In this document: positions 1 to 11,187 of the stretch, piece by piece
Layout: the number at the start of each line of letters is the position of its first letter
How positions within the stretch are numbered: the first letter of the stretch is position 1
Source: an uncultured bacterium
GTDB lineage: Bacteria; Desulfobacterota_D; UBA1144; Nemesobacterales; UBA2774
Assembly: GCA_963705505.1 (NCBI GenBank)
Contig: CAVPJU010000006.1
Location: 64,001-128,000, forward strand
Direction of reading: 5' to 3'
Length of the DNA stretch: 64,000 bases
Position numbers and translations under genes: made by a program
Notes under the pieces: model-generated
Seen by the model: the letters and a program-made list of their open reading frames with translations, nothing else
Told to the model about the DNA's origin: nothing
Databases searched by the model: none

Positions 1-262
1 GAAGCTTGAACTCCCCCTTTAAATCCTCAGCGAATTTAATTATATCCTCACCCCTTTTACTCACACTGCCGTCGCTCCTGTAGGGAACGCCGACGAGGAG
101 CTCCGCGGGGGCGTACCTGTCGATTAATTTGCCGAGCTCGGCTTTATCGTATCCGATGTCCTTTCTCCTGATCGTGGCAACACCGTTAGCCGTGATTCCG
201 AGCTCGTCGCTCACGGCGACGCCTATAGTTTTCGTACCGACGTCTAGGGCCAAAGTTCTCAT
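1..262 (-). CDS. ruvX: Holliday junction resolvase-like / pre-16S rRNA nuclease RuvX (YqgF); 3' end runs off the window
   Basis: Not in the ORF track. Manual translation from ATG at 262 gives MRTLALDVGTKTIGVAVSDELGITANGVATIRRK...LLVGVPY, the YqgF N-terminal motif. Confidence 0.9.
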   Translation of the reverse strand, partial: MRTLALDVGTKTIGVAVSDELGITANGVATIRRKDIGYDKAELGKLIDRYAPAELLVGVPYRSDGSVSKRGEDIIKFAEDLKGEFKL

Positions 263-272
263 GCGTTCTCGA

Positions 273-1226
273 TTATCCATTCAATTGAAATCCGCATACA
301 AAGCTCCGGTAGAGTCTCAAAAGGTATATAACAGGACCGGATTTCTTTTCACCGGAATTATCATCGTCCGGACTTGTATACGCAAATAAATCTATTGCAG
401 TATAAGTCTTCAATCTGTTCCTCCAGCCGGGGAGGAATCTCTTCTCGTTTCTCTCAGGAGGGGAATTCTTGACACGCCTTGCGAGCATGGTCTCGGCTGT
501 GGCGGCGAATTCACGGACCGCTTCCGGACCTTCCTCATTTCCACTCATATTTTCAAGCACCTGGAGCAAGCCCCATCCTTCACCCTTGTACCGTTCCGTC
601 TCGGCAGTACCCTCCCCCTTGAAATTCACATAATCAACCAACGCGTAGATACCCATCGGGGAGCCGGCGACCCGGTAGAACTGCTTTCTTATATTGCTCC
701 TTGATTCCTCGGGCGCCGCCTTCAGCATCTTCGGGAGGCTTTTTTCAAGCCGACGCGCTATGAACAGTGACTGCAAGGGGATCGTTTCTATCAGGAATTT
801 TCTGAGAGACACCATTTTCGGCGAATCGAAGTCGTTATAGAACTCACGGCGGGAGCTCCACGGCAGATCGAATGCCGGAAGCTCGTTCATCCATTCGGGG
901 GCAGGCGCTCCTTTCGATTTTATAAATTCGAAGACAGATGGGAATGTCTCAATAAAAGGGTATTGCTTGCCCTCCGGATACCATAAAAAGTGGCCTATGC
1001 CCAGCGATGCGAACTCTTCTCCCTCGTTCCATGCCGTAAGGTTTTCCACTTTCCCGCCGCATTCGTTCCTGAATATCAGCATACCGATTTTCTCAAGCTC
1101 TCCGGGCGGTATCGAGACACAATCAGGCTCGCATGAGGATAGGAGAAATGCGGCTGCCAAAACAACGCTTATTATTTGAACTGAATTACGGATGGATTTT
1201 ACTCGTATCGTCAAAGGTTTATTCAT
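273..1226 (-). CDS. Conserved hypothetical lipoprotein, possibly lysozyme-like
   Basis: 317-aa ORF with a hydrophobic signal and LLSSC lipobox; motifs NECGG, SLGIGHFLWY, ALVDYVNFKGEG, LPGWRNR. Confidence 0.7.
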   Translation of the reverse strand: MNKPLTIRVKSIRNSVQIISVVLAAAFLLSSCEPDCVSIPPGELEKIGMLIFRNECGGKVENLTAWNEGEEFASLGIGHFLWYPEGKQYPFIETFPSVFEFIKSKGAPAPEWMNELPAFDLPWSSRREFYNDFDSPKMVSLRKFLIETIPLQSLFIARRLEKSLPKMLKAAPEESRSNIRKQFYRVAGSPMGIYALVDYVNFKGEGTAETERYKGEGWGLLQVLENMSGNEEGPEAVREFAATAETMLARRVKNSPPERNEKRFLPGWRNRLKTYTAIDLFAYTSPDDDNSGEKKSGPVIYLLRLYRSFVCGFQLNG

Positions 1227-1327
1227 TCTTACTCAATCACGAATAAAACCCGGCTATGTTAAAACGACAAGGAGCGCTAAACCCGGAATTAAGGCTCAAT
1301 CTCGTAACCAAGGAAAAATCGCAAATC

Positions 1328-1549
1328 TCAGCGGTAAATATGCTGTTTCAGGGATTTAGGGTCAGAGATCCGTTCGAATACTTCGCCGCACTTATCACAT
1401 TCGTACCTGACTTCAACGGGAGGATGACTGATACCGAACCCGACGAGAATCCATCCCCAGACCGAGTAACTCGGCTTGGGTACTATCCACGGATGGCTCC
1501 TCGTATAGCCGCATCTGCATTTTTTCTGATCTGTATTTTCTGGACTCAT
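1328..1549 (-). CDS. Small putative zinc-binding membrane-associated protein
   Basis: 73 aa; CRC...H and CDKC flank a hydrophobic segment (YSVWGWILVGFGI). Confidence 0.6.
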   Translation of the reverse strand: MSPENTDQKKCRCGYTRSHPWIVPKPSYSVWGWILVGFGISHPPVEVRYECDKCGEVFERISDPKSLKQHIYR

Positions 1550-1906
1550 AGCGAATTATAATATGCAGTTATTGTAACGGGTTTATACGCCTATTCAAAT
1601 CTTATTAATATCGTCTCGATCAAACTCTTAGTGATTCAGGAGGGTTTTATTGTGACTCCCTCCGAAATCGGGCAGGCCGTTTTAATCCTTTTTAATATAA
1701 TACCTCATTATAGGCCTCGTTTCAGAGCGCCGGGCAGCTTCAATAAACCCCGCTTCTTAAAGCCCGAATAGAGACCCGTATAAACGAAAACATCGATAAG
1801 GGAATGAAAATCCGGCTTAAGCGAACTTTTTAGCATGAGATATGCAATTTTAGAAGAATTTTACGCTGCTGCAATATTACACTATAAATTTTCCATCAAA
1901 AGAATT

Positions 1907-2332
1907 CTATTCCGGAGCGGGGCTCAAAGACTTTCTCAATTTCTTCAGCTGACCGCGGTACTTTTTTCTTTTCATTCTTTCTTCCTTCGATTGAGCGGTG
2001 GGCCTGGTCTTGCGCCTCTTCCTGGGTTCGACCGCGGCTTTCCTTATCAACTCGGTCAAACGCCCTATCGCGTCGCTGCGGTTCTTCTCCTGAGTCCTGT
2101 ACCTGCGCGCTTCTATAATCAGAATACCCTCGTTAGTGACTTTATTTCCCGCTATCTTTATCAGCCGGCTTCTAATATCAGGGGTAAGGCTCGGGGAATT
2201 TGCCGCATCGAACCTGAGCTCTACCGCAGTCGCAACCTTGTTCACGTTCTGCCCGCCGGGGCCCGAAGAGCGGACAAAATCGAGCGTAATCTCACTCTCG
2301 TCAAGGGATATGCGTGGTGTAACTCGTATCAT
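1907..2332 (-). CDS. arfB: Alternative ribosome-rescue peptidyl-tRNA hydrolase ArfB (YaeJ)
   Basis: RSSGPGGQNVNKV (GGQ motif), RTQEKNR, basic C-terminal tail with RRKTRPT. Confidence 0.95.
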   Translation of the reverse strand: MIRVTPRISLDESEITLDFVRSSGPGGQNVNKVATAVELRFDAANSPSLTPDIRSRLIKIAGNKVTNEGILIIEARRYRTQEKNRSDAIGRLTELIRKAAVEPRKRRKTRPTAQSKEERMKRKKYRGQLKKLRKSLSPAPE

Positions 2333-2498
2333 ATCTAGAATTTATGCGCTCCTCTACGATAAATCAAGGAACTGGCAGCCCGCTCCCGCGGCTCATTACA
2401 CGTTCCCGAGGAGTCGGCAGACGGCTATAGGGTTGAATCAACGTGAAGCAATCGTTCAAGGGGTGTTTTACTGCAGGAGATAAAAGCCCGGGGGTAAG

Positions 2499-2533
2499 AA
2501 AAAGAGCGGCGGGATTATAGCATCCCGCCGCTC
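2499..2533 (-). terminator. Rho-independent terminator of amtB
   Basis: Perfect 12-bp stem GAGCGGCGGGAT/ATCCCGCCGCTC (2504-2533) followed by a T tract on the minus strand, just after the amtB stop. Confidence 0.85.
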
Positions 2534-2551
2534 CGGATTCGATGTCATTAA

Positions 2552-3942
2552 TTATTCGTCTGTAAGTCTGACTCCATGCTCGGGAGTACCATAGCCCTGA
2601 GACAATTGAAACCCTGAATAAGCTTCTTCTCCGTGCTCGCCGAGGTCGATTCCTCCGATTTCTTTTTCGGAAGACACTCTGAGGCCCATTACAGCCTTGA
2701 GGACGGCCAGAATGATCATTGTGCCCACGAACGAGAATACCCAGGTAGCCACGACGCCTACAAACTGTATCCACAACTGCCCGGGATTGCCGTAAAAGAG
2801 GCCGTCGCGCCCGGCGGAATTTACGGCGGTAGTCGCGAATAATCCGGTCGCCAAAGCACCCCACGTCCCGCCTATGCCGTGCACTCCAACTACGTCCAGG
2901 GAATCGTCATAACCGAGCTTCGGTCTCAGGTTGACGGCGAGGAAGCAGAATATTCCGCCGCCGAGCCCGACAATTATTGCCGCCATAGGAGTCACGAAAC
3001 CTGCTGCAGGCGTTATTGCCACGAGACCCGCCACAGCTCCCGAGGCCGCTCCGAGGACGGTGGGCTTGCCCCTGACGATCCATTCATAAATACCCAGCCG
3101 AGAACCGCTGCCGCGGTTGCGGTATTCGTCGTAACAAATGCAGTACTCGCCAGTCCGCTTGCCGCAACCGCGCTTCCGGCGTTAAATCCGAACCAGCCTA
3201 CCCAGAGCAGCGAGGCGCCGATGACACTATAAGGAAGAAAATGAGGCGCCATAGGCTCGCGTCCGTATCCGATCCTCTTTCCGAACATTAGCGCCGCCGC
3301 GAGAGCTGCGGCACCGGAGCTGATATGCACTACGGTTCCGCCCGCGAAATCCAGAGCCCCCATAGCCCCTATCCATCCGCCACCCCACACCCAGTGCGCA
3401 AGCGGATCGTAAATGATTGTTGTCCAGAGAAGGACGAAGACGATGAATGTGCTGAATTTCGCGCGCTCCGCAAAGGATCCCGTGATAAGAGCCACGGTTA
3501 TTACGGCGAACGTCAGCTGATAGACCATGAAAAGGTTATGAGGTATGGTCGTAGCCCATACTGTGGAGGGTTCACCCGTGACCCCGTTTAAACCCAGCCA
3601 ATCGAGACTCCCGATGATATGGGATATATCGGGTCCGAAAGCAAGGGTATAACCTATGATAACCCATTGTATGGAAACCAATGCCGTAATGAAAAAGCTG
3701 TGCATGAAGGTCCCGAGAGCGTTCTTGGAGCGAACCAGGCCTCCGTAAAAAAGGAATAGCCCCGGGATCGTCATCATCAAAACCAAAGCCGAAGATACGA
3801 GCATCCAAGCGGTATCACCCGTATCGATCTTAGGGCCGTCCTGCGCATGGGATAACCCGGGCGCTGACAAACATACTAAAAACACGAATAACGGGTAAAA
3901 GCAAAGCCTTATAATTTAACTCTAGAAGCCAACCTTTCTCAT
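2552..3942 (-). pseudogene. amtB: Ammonium transporter AmtB, frameshifted (probably a sequencing error)
   Basis: ORFs 3013..3885 and 2552..3034 carry Amt motifs (DTAWML, DFAGGTVVH, WVGWFGFNAGS, GLVAITP, DDSLDVVGVHG). Adding one base near 3085 restores WVFxEWIVRGKPT. The ATG with a good Shine-Dalgarno is at 3942. Confidence 0.9.
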
Positions 3943-4103
3943 TGTAAATCCTCCTTTGTGTGACGTAAAATCATCTAAAATTTTTATATTCAACTGTAAT
4001 TACTGGTATTTTGGGTTCACACAGACTACAAAAACGAATCCCGGAATTCCAGGACGTCATTTTTCATTTTTTTTGCGGAACCTCTAGCCTATTCTATAGT
4101 AAT

Positions 4104-4119
4104 TGCAAACAACATACCA
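4104..4119 (-). promoter_or_regulatory. Sigma54 (-24/-12) promoter of amtB
   Basis: Minus strand reads TGGTATGTTGTTTGCA, i.e. GG-N10-GC, about 160 nt upstream of the amtB start. Confidence 0.75.
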
Positions 4120-4180
4120 CTTATCGAATAAATTATGATTCAATAAACTAGGGAGTTATAGAAAGGGATTGAGATTTCAA

Positions 4181-4218
4181 TGCCTAAAAGTTAAGCAACA
4201 TATTCTAAAAATTGAACA
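4181..4218. promoter_or_regulatory. Putative tandem NtrC-type enhancer sites
   Basis: TGCCTAAAAGTTAAGCA (4181-4197, TGC-N11-GCA) and a weaker copy ATTCTAAAAATTGAACA starting 21 bp later, upstream of the sigma54 site. Confidence 0.5.
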
Positions 4219-4447
4219 TTCAAACTTTAAGGTATGCGGCAGCTATATTTCACAGAGATTCGAATATTATTTGGCAGAATAAACTGATTTAAATAAGGTT
4301 CCGGCGAAATGGCAGTCGGATTTGTCCAGACTACAGAGGTGAGTCCGGCACACAATAGACCCGGTTGCCGAACCGCAAACAGCAGGAATGCTTACTGGTC
4401 AAAAATTAATTCCGGGATTTAGATACATAATATATTCTATGTATATT

Positions 4448-5449
4448 CTATTTCGTCAGACTGACGACTACCCTTCCCTTTTGTTTCCCATGAAGGATTA
4501 GTTCTATGTGTTCATCGAGTCCGGAAAGAGAAATTTCGGTCGAAATGATATCCAGCTTCTCTATTTTCCATTCGTTTGCTATCTTATCCCAAACTTTTTT
4601 TCTGACATCCATCGGGCAATACGCGGAATCGATACCCACGAGAGAGACCCCTCTCAATATGAACGGATAAACATTCAGAGGCAGATCGGCGGAAGCCACG
4701 TTCCCGCAGCAGGTGACGACACCGTGCTGTCTGGCGGATTTGATTGCAGTTGCAAGTATCTCTCCTCCGACGGTATCCACGACACCGGCCCACCTGGCTT
4801 TCAACAGGGGCCTGCCGGAGCTATCTTTGGCGTCCTCCCTGCTGATCACCTCTTTAACTCCGAGGTCGATGAGAAACTGCTTCTGATCCGCCTTCCCAGT
4901 GGAAGCCACGACGTCGTAGCCCGATTTCGCGAGAATGCCCGAAGCTATGCTCCCGACACCCCCTGTCGCGCCCGTTACCAGCACCTCGCCCATTTCGGGA
5001 TTCACACCATGCTCCTCCATTTTATAAACGGAGAGAGCAGCCGTAAACCCCGCCGTACCGTAAACCATGCTCTCCCTGAGAGAAAGACCCTTGGGAAGTT
5101 TTACGACCCAGTCGGCAGGTACCCTTATATACTCGCCGTACCCGCCCGAAGTATTCGCTCCGAGGTCATACCCGGTGACTAGTACTTCCTCTCCCGGCTT
5201 GAGATTAGCCGAAGCGCTCTCCTCAACGATACCCGCAGCGTCGACTCCGGGCGTGTGGGGGTAATTCTTCGTAACACCTCTGTTGCCTGTCGCTGAAAGG
5301 GCGTCTTTATAATTCATGGAAGAATAATGAACCCGGATCAGCACATCCCCCGCAGGCAGATCATCGATCGGCCTCTCCTTAATAGTCCTCGCGAATTTAT
5401 TTTCCTCAGTCTCCTCGACTACGAGTGCCCTGAACGTCCGTCCGCTCAT
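4448..5449 (-). CDS. yhdH: YhdH/AcuI-family MDR oxidoreductase (acrylyl-CoA reductase-like)
   Basis: YSSMNYKDALS, GTAGFTAAL, VLVTGATGGVGS, PFILRGVSLVGIDS. Alternative start at 5455. Confidence 0.9.
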   Translation of the reverse strand: MSGRTFRALVVEETEENKFARTIKERPIDDLPAGDVLIRVHYSSMNYKDALSATGNRGVTKNYPHTPGVDAAGIVEESASANLKPGEEVLVTGYDLGANTSGGYGEYIRVPADWVVKLPKGLSLRESMVYGTAGFTAALSVYKMEEHGVNPEMGEVLVTGATGGVGSIASGILAKSGYDVVASTGKADQKQFLIDLGVKEVISREDAKDSSGRPLLKARWAGVVDTVGGEILATAIKSARQHGVVTCCGNVASADLPLNVYPFILRGVSLVGIDSAYCPMDVRKKVWDKIANEWKIEKLDIISTEISLSGLDEHIELILHGKQKGRVVVSLTK

Positions 5450-5640
5450 AAACATCCCTCCCGGATTAAGTCATATAATAGTCTGAAGCGCGACATCATA
5501 GTTTCGCGCTTTCCAGTCGTCCATAACAATATGACCGAATCTTCGGCAAGAGCAAACGGGGAGAGGGCCCCGGCTATCCCGAATAATTTCTTGTTGATTG
5601 GAATCAATAGCGGTGATATTATATGTATATACAAAATCAA

Positions 5641-5742
5641 GTCCTGATCCGAAAAGGCAAACCATTTGAAAAGATGGGACGCAAAACCCAAGACCTAAGG
5701 GCGTGATCGAGCCTAGGGTAGACTGGTTACCGAAATGGGGAC
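5641..5742 (+). ncRNA. c-di-GMP-I (GEMM) riboswitch
   Basis: GGCAAACC-ATTT-GAAA-AGAT-GGGACGCAAAACC...CCTAA...GGTTACCGA matches the Vc2-type GEMM consensus (GAAA tetraloop and receptor). G20, A47 and C92 equivalents at 5656, 5683 and 5730; P1 GTCCT/GGGAC. Confidence 0.92.
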
Positions 5743-5809
5743 GCACTTGGCAATACGCCGTAATTTCTTCTTCCTCTCGGATATGGGAACTGTAACAGGG
5801 GGTTACAAA

Positions 5810-7432
5810 GTGAGCTACTCCGCCAGATTGTTCGTGCTTTTTATTTTGTCGATAGTTACAGCCTATGGTACACGGGCGGTGGAACTCACCACGGTTAAAG
5901 TAGCGGGGGGCTTCACCGAGCCCCTATTTTTAACATCCCCGCCAGGCGACACGGCGCGGCTCTTCGTCGTCGAGCAGAACACCGCTCAAATAAAAATAAT
6001 TAAGAACGGGGTAGTGCTCGGCACGCCATTTCTAAATATCGATCCCAAAGTCGGAAGCGGCGGCGAGAGGGGGCTTCTGGGACTCGCTTTTCACCCGAAT
6101 TATGCGAGTAACGGCTATTTCTACGTGAACTATACGGACAACTCCGGCAACACGGTGATCGCGCGATATCACGTCTCGGGCAACCCCGATATAGCCGACC
6201 CGAACAGCGAATTGGTACTCATGACCGTCGTGCAGCCGTTCAGCAACCACAACGGCGGAATGCTCGCCTTCAGTCCTAACGATGACGATCTCTATATCGG
6301 CCTCGGGGACGGCGGGGATTCTTATGATCCCGGAAACAGGGCCCAGGACGGTCAGACTGAGCTGGGTAAAATCCTGAGAATAGACGTCGGCAACGGAACT
6401 GCATTCTCCGCCCCCGCGGACAACCCTTTTAACAACGACCCGTCGGTCCTCGACATAGTATGGTCTTTAGGTGTCAGAAACCCGTGGAGGTTCAGCTTCG
6501 ACCGTTTAAACGGCGACCTGTATATAGCGGATGTGGGGCAGGGATCGAGGGAGGAAGTGGACTGGCAGTCGGGTGACAGCCAGGGCGGTGAAAATTACGG
6601 CTGGCGCTGTATGGAAGGAAAGGAGTGCACCGGCCTTTCGGGATGCACATGCAATTCTCCCGAGCTGACGATACCGATCTTCGATTACACGCACTCAGGC
6701 GGGAACTGCTCTATAACCGGAGGCTATGTTTATAGAGGCCCGGCAATACCTGCAATCGACGGCACTTATTTCTTTGCCGATTTCTGTACCGGGAGGATAT
6801 GGTCGTTCGTCCGGAGCGGTAACAGTGTCTCGCAATTTACAGAGCGTACGGCGGAGCTTAAACCAATAACGGGAGAAACCATAAATAACATCACATCTTT
6901 CGGCGAGGACGATAAAGGGGAGATATATATTGTGGACAGGGACGGCGAGATATTCAAAATAGCAGATAAAAGCACCCTGCCGGTCCCTACACCTGTTCCG
7001 ACACCGGTACCGCCGGCTCCGACTCCCGCACCTCCGCCTTCAGGGAGTGGAACGCTGTCTGCGTTTAGCCCCGGAACTGCCGGCGCAAGGAATTCAATAA
7101 CGGTAACGGGCGCCCCGCGCGGCTCTACCGTGCGATTCTACTATTCCACCCTTACCGGTAAGACGACAATTACAAGCGGCGTCTGCAAAGGGAAAGCGCT
7201 TGACCTGAGGAGCCCGGTATCTCTGGGTACAGCCGTTGCGAATTCAACAGGGAAAGCCACTTTAAATGTCTCTCTATCGAGAACCCTGGGCGGAAGAACC
7301 CTATACATTCAGTCGAGGGTCGAGACTTCGGCTTCCTGCAAAATTACAAATCGGGTAAGCCAGACAATCAAGAAAGCAACAGGGGGTTCTACGGGCGGCG
7401 GAACAATCCCGGGATTCCCGATTTTCAGGTGA
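5810..7432 (+). CDS. Secreted PQQ-dependent sugar dehydrogenase-family (GSDH) beta-propeller with a Pro/Thr linker and C-terminal beta domain
   Basis: GERGLLGLAFHP, NHNGG, GDGG, GVRNPWRFSFD, DVGQ, NYGW. GTG at 5810 follows AGGGGG and begins a signal peptide; the track start at 5735 lies inside the riboswitch. Confidence 0.88.
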   Translation: MSYSARLFVLFILSIVTAYGTRAVELTTVKVAGGFTEPLFLTSPPGDTARLFVVEQNTAQIKIIKNGVVLGTPFLNIDPKVGSGGERGLLGLAFHPNYASNGYFYVNYTDNSGNTVIARYHVSGNPDIADPNSELVLMTVVQPFSNHNGGMLAFSPNDDDLYIGLGDGGDSYDPGNRAQDGQTELGKILRIDVGNGTAFSAPADNPFNNDPSVLDIVWSLGVRNPWRFSFDRLNGDLYIADVGQGSREEVDWQSGDSQGGENYGWRCMEGKECTGLSGCTCNSPELTIPIFDYTHSGGNCSITGGYVYRGPAIPAIDGTYFFADFCTGRIWSFVRSGNSVSQFTERTAELKPITGETINNITSFGEDDKGEIYIVDRDGEIFKIADKSTLPVPTPVPTPVPPAPTPAPPPSGSGTLSAFSPGTAGARNSITVTGAPRGSTVRFYYSTLTGKTTITSGVCKGKALDLRSPVSLGTAVANSTGKATLNVSLSRTLGGRTLYIQSRVETSASCKITNRVSQTIKKATGGSTGGGTIPGFPIFR

Positions 7433-7565
7433 TAATAAAACGGCTGGACATAACGAATACGAGGGTATGAGGTCCTATAAGGTCCGGGCTCGAATGTCCG
7501 GGTATCGTAAGGGATTGTAAGCGGCCTTTTTTTATAATTCGTATCTCAATCCGATCCCTGGCGCG

Positions 7566-9488
<1,923 letters not shown>

Positions 9489-9611
9489 TTAATGCAAATT
9501 AAATACCCCCGGCCCGATAAAACTCCTAAATGATAGTATAAAAGTTATGGCGGTAAAGCGCAATGAAAGCCCGAATTTGTGAACGTTCAAGCGTCCTGTA
9601 AACTAATCGGC

Positions 9612-10649
9612 ATGTCTGATTTAGTATTGGGGATAGAGACTTCCTGCGACGAAACGGCTGCAGCCGTGATCGAGGGCGGAAGGAAGGCGCTCTCGAACGT
9701 CGTCGCGTCTCAGGTGGATATTCATAAGGAATACGGCGGCGTAGTGCCGGAGATTGCGTCGAGAAAGCACGTCGAGCTTATACTGGCCGTAATAAAGAAA
9801 GCACTGACGGCGGCAGGCAAGGACGCGGAAGAGCTTCGAGGGATTGCGGTTACGAACGGACCGGGGCTAATCGGCGCCCTCATGGTGGGGCTTTCGACCG
9901 CAAAGGCTTTCGCATACGGCCTCGGCGTCCCGCTCATCGGCGTGAACCACCTGGAAGCCCATCTGTCGGCTGTGCATCTGGAGCACGACGTGGAGTTCCC
10001 GTTCGTGGGCCTGGTCGTTTCGGGAGGACATACGAGCCTCTATCTGGTAAAGGACTACACGGAATTCGAGACGCTCGGAAAAACCAGGGACGACGCCGCG
10101 GGGGAGGCTTTCGATAAGGCCGCGAAGCTCCTCGGGCTCGATTATCCGGGCGGAGTTGCGATAGACAGGCTCGCAAAAGAGGGGGACCCGGAGGCGATCG
10201 CCTTTCCGAGACCGTTCAAGAGCTCCTCGTCCCTCGATTTCAGCTTCAGCGGGCTTAAGACCTCTCTCGTGTATTATCTGAGGAAGCATCCTGACCCCGA
10301 TGACGCGCAGCTGAAAGACATATGCGCCTCCTATCAGGAAGCGATAGCCGAAACGCTCGCTGACAAAACGCTGCTTGCGGCAAAAGAGTACGGCGTCAAA
10401 TCCGCCGTTATTTCAGGCGGAGTGGCGTGCAATTCCCGGCTGAGAACGATCGCAGGGGAAAGGTTCGGGGAGGAGGGGATAACGCTCCACATACCGTCGC
10501 CCGTATACTGCACCGACAATGCTGCAATGATAGGGGCGCTCGGCGCAATGAGACTAAGACAAGGGGAAACTTCCGAGCTGAATATAAATCCCTATTCCAC
10601 TTCCCGGCCTAAGTACATCAGGGGAAAGGGAATGGTAAAAAACTCATAA
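9612..10649 (+). CDS. tsaD: tRNA t6A threonylcarbamoyltransferase TsaD
   Basis: LGIETSCDETAAA, GGVVPEIASRKH, NHLEAH, SGGHT, DFSFSGLKT, CTDNAAMI. Confidence 0.97.
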   Translation: MSDLVLGIETSCDETAAAVIEGGRKALSNVVASQVDIHKEYGGVVPEIASRKHVELILAVIKKALTAAGKDAEELRGIAVTNGPGLIGALMVGLSTAKAFAYGLGVPLIGVNHLEAHLSAVHLEHDVEFPFVGLVVSGGHTSLYLVKDYTEFETLGKTRDDAAGEAFDKAAKLLGLDYPGGVAIDRLAKEGDPEAIAFPRPFKSSSSLDFSFSGLKTSLVYYLRKHPDPDDAQLKDICASYQEAIAETLADKTLLAAKEYGVKSAVISGGVACNSRLRTIAGERFGEEGITLHIPSPVYCTDNAAMIGALGAMRLRQGETSELNINPYSTSRPKYIRGKGMVKNS

Positions 10650-10661
10650 CACGCCCGCTTA

Positions 10662-10964
10662 TCAGTACTCATAATCGACTACAGCCCTGTCCGAGCGAAT
10701 CTCGCCCACGAAACCGACGATTTTCAGATGCTCCGGATGGTTCTGATACGCTTCAAGCCCCTCCCTGTCCTCAAACTCGGAATATAAAACCACGTCGAAG
10801 GCGGCCGGGGATGTATTAAAATTAATCCCGACCTCGACGGCGACTATCTCCTCTATCACTCCGTCGAGCGCCTCGAGCGCAGCTTTCAGTTTTCCCGCGT
10901 TCTCCTCTTTAGAAGCTCCGGCAGCGAAATCCTTGAGCCTCCACATCACGATGTGTTTGATCAT
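10662..10964 (-). CDS. Dabb (stress-responsive A/B barrel) protein
   Basis: MIKHIVMWRLK...YQNHPEH...RAVVDYE; ATG at 10964 preceded by GGAGG. Confidence 0.88.
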   Translation of the reverse strand: MIKHIVMWRLKDFAAGASKEENAGKLKAALEALDGVIEEIVAVEVGINFNTSPAAFDVVLYSEFEDREGLEAYQNHPEHLKIVGFVGEIRSDRAVVDYEY

Positions 10965-11187
10965 AGATGCCTCCAGCCTGATCGATACGATACTGCCCCA
11001 TAGCAATCGGAAAACCGTCATTGACAGTTTTGATTTTTTGTAAGGAGCAAATAGAATTATAGTACTGAAGATAATATTCCTTTACAAAGGGGAAGAAGGA
11101 AGACCGCTTAAATCCCGAAGTGATATGACCGACGGCTAAACTATATTATAAACGAGAGTATTCGTACGCATCCGGGGAGAGAACACG

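Noticed and set aside
1830..1848. TAGCATGAGATATGCA as a sigma54 promoter
   Set aside because: It lacks the invariant GG and has no credible + strand gene downstream.
5446..5809. Short ORFs at 5446..5691 and 5471..5746, and the 5735 start
   Set aside because: They overlap the c-di-GMP riboswitch and promoter region.
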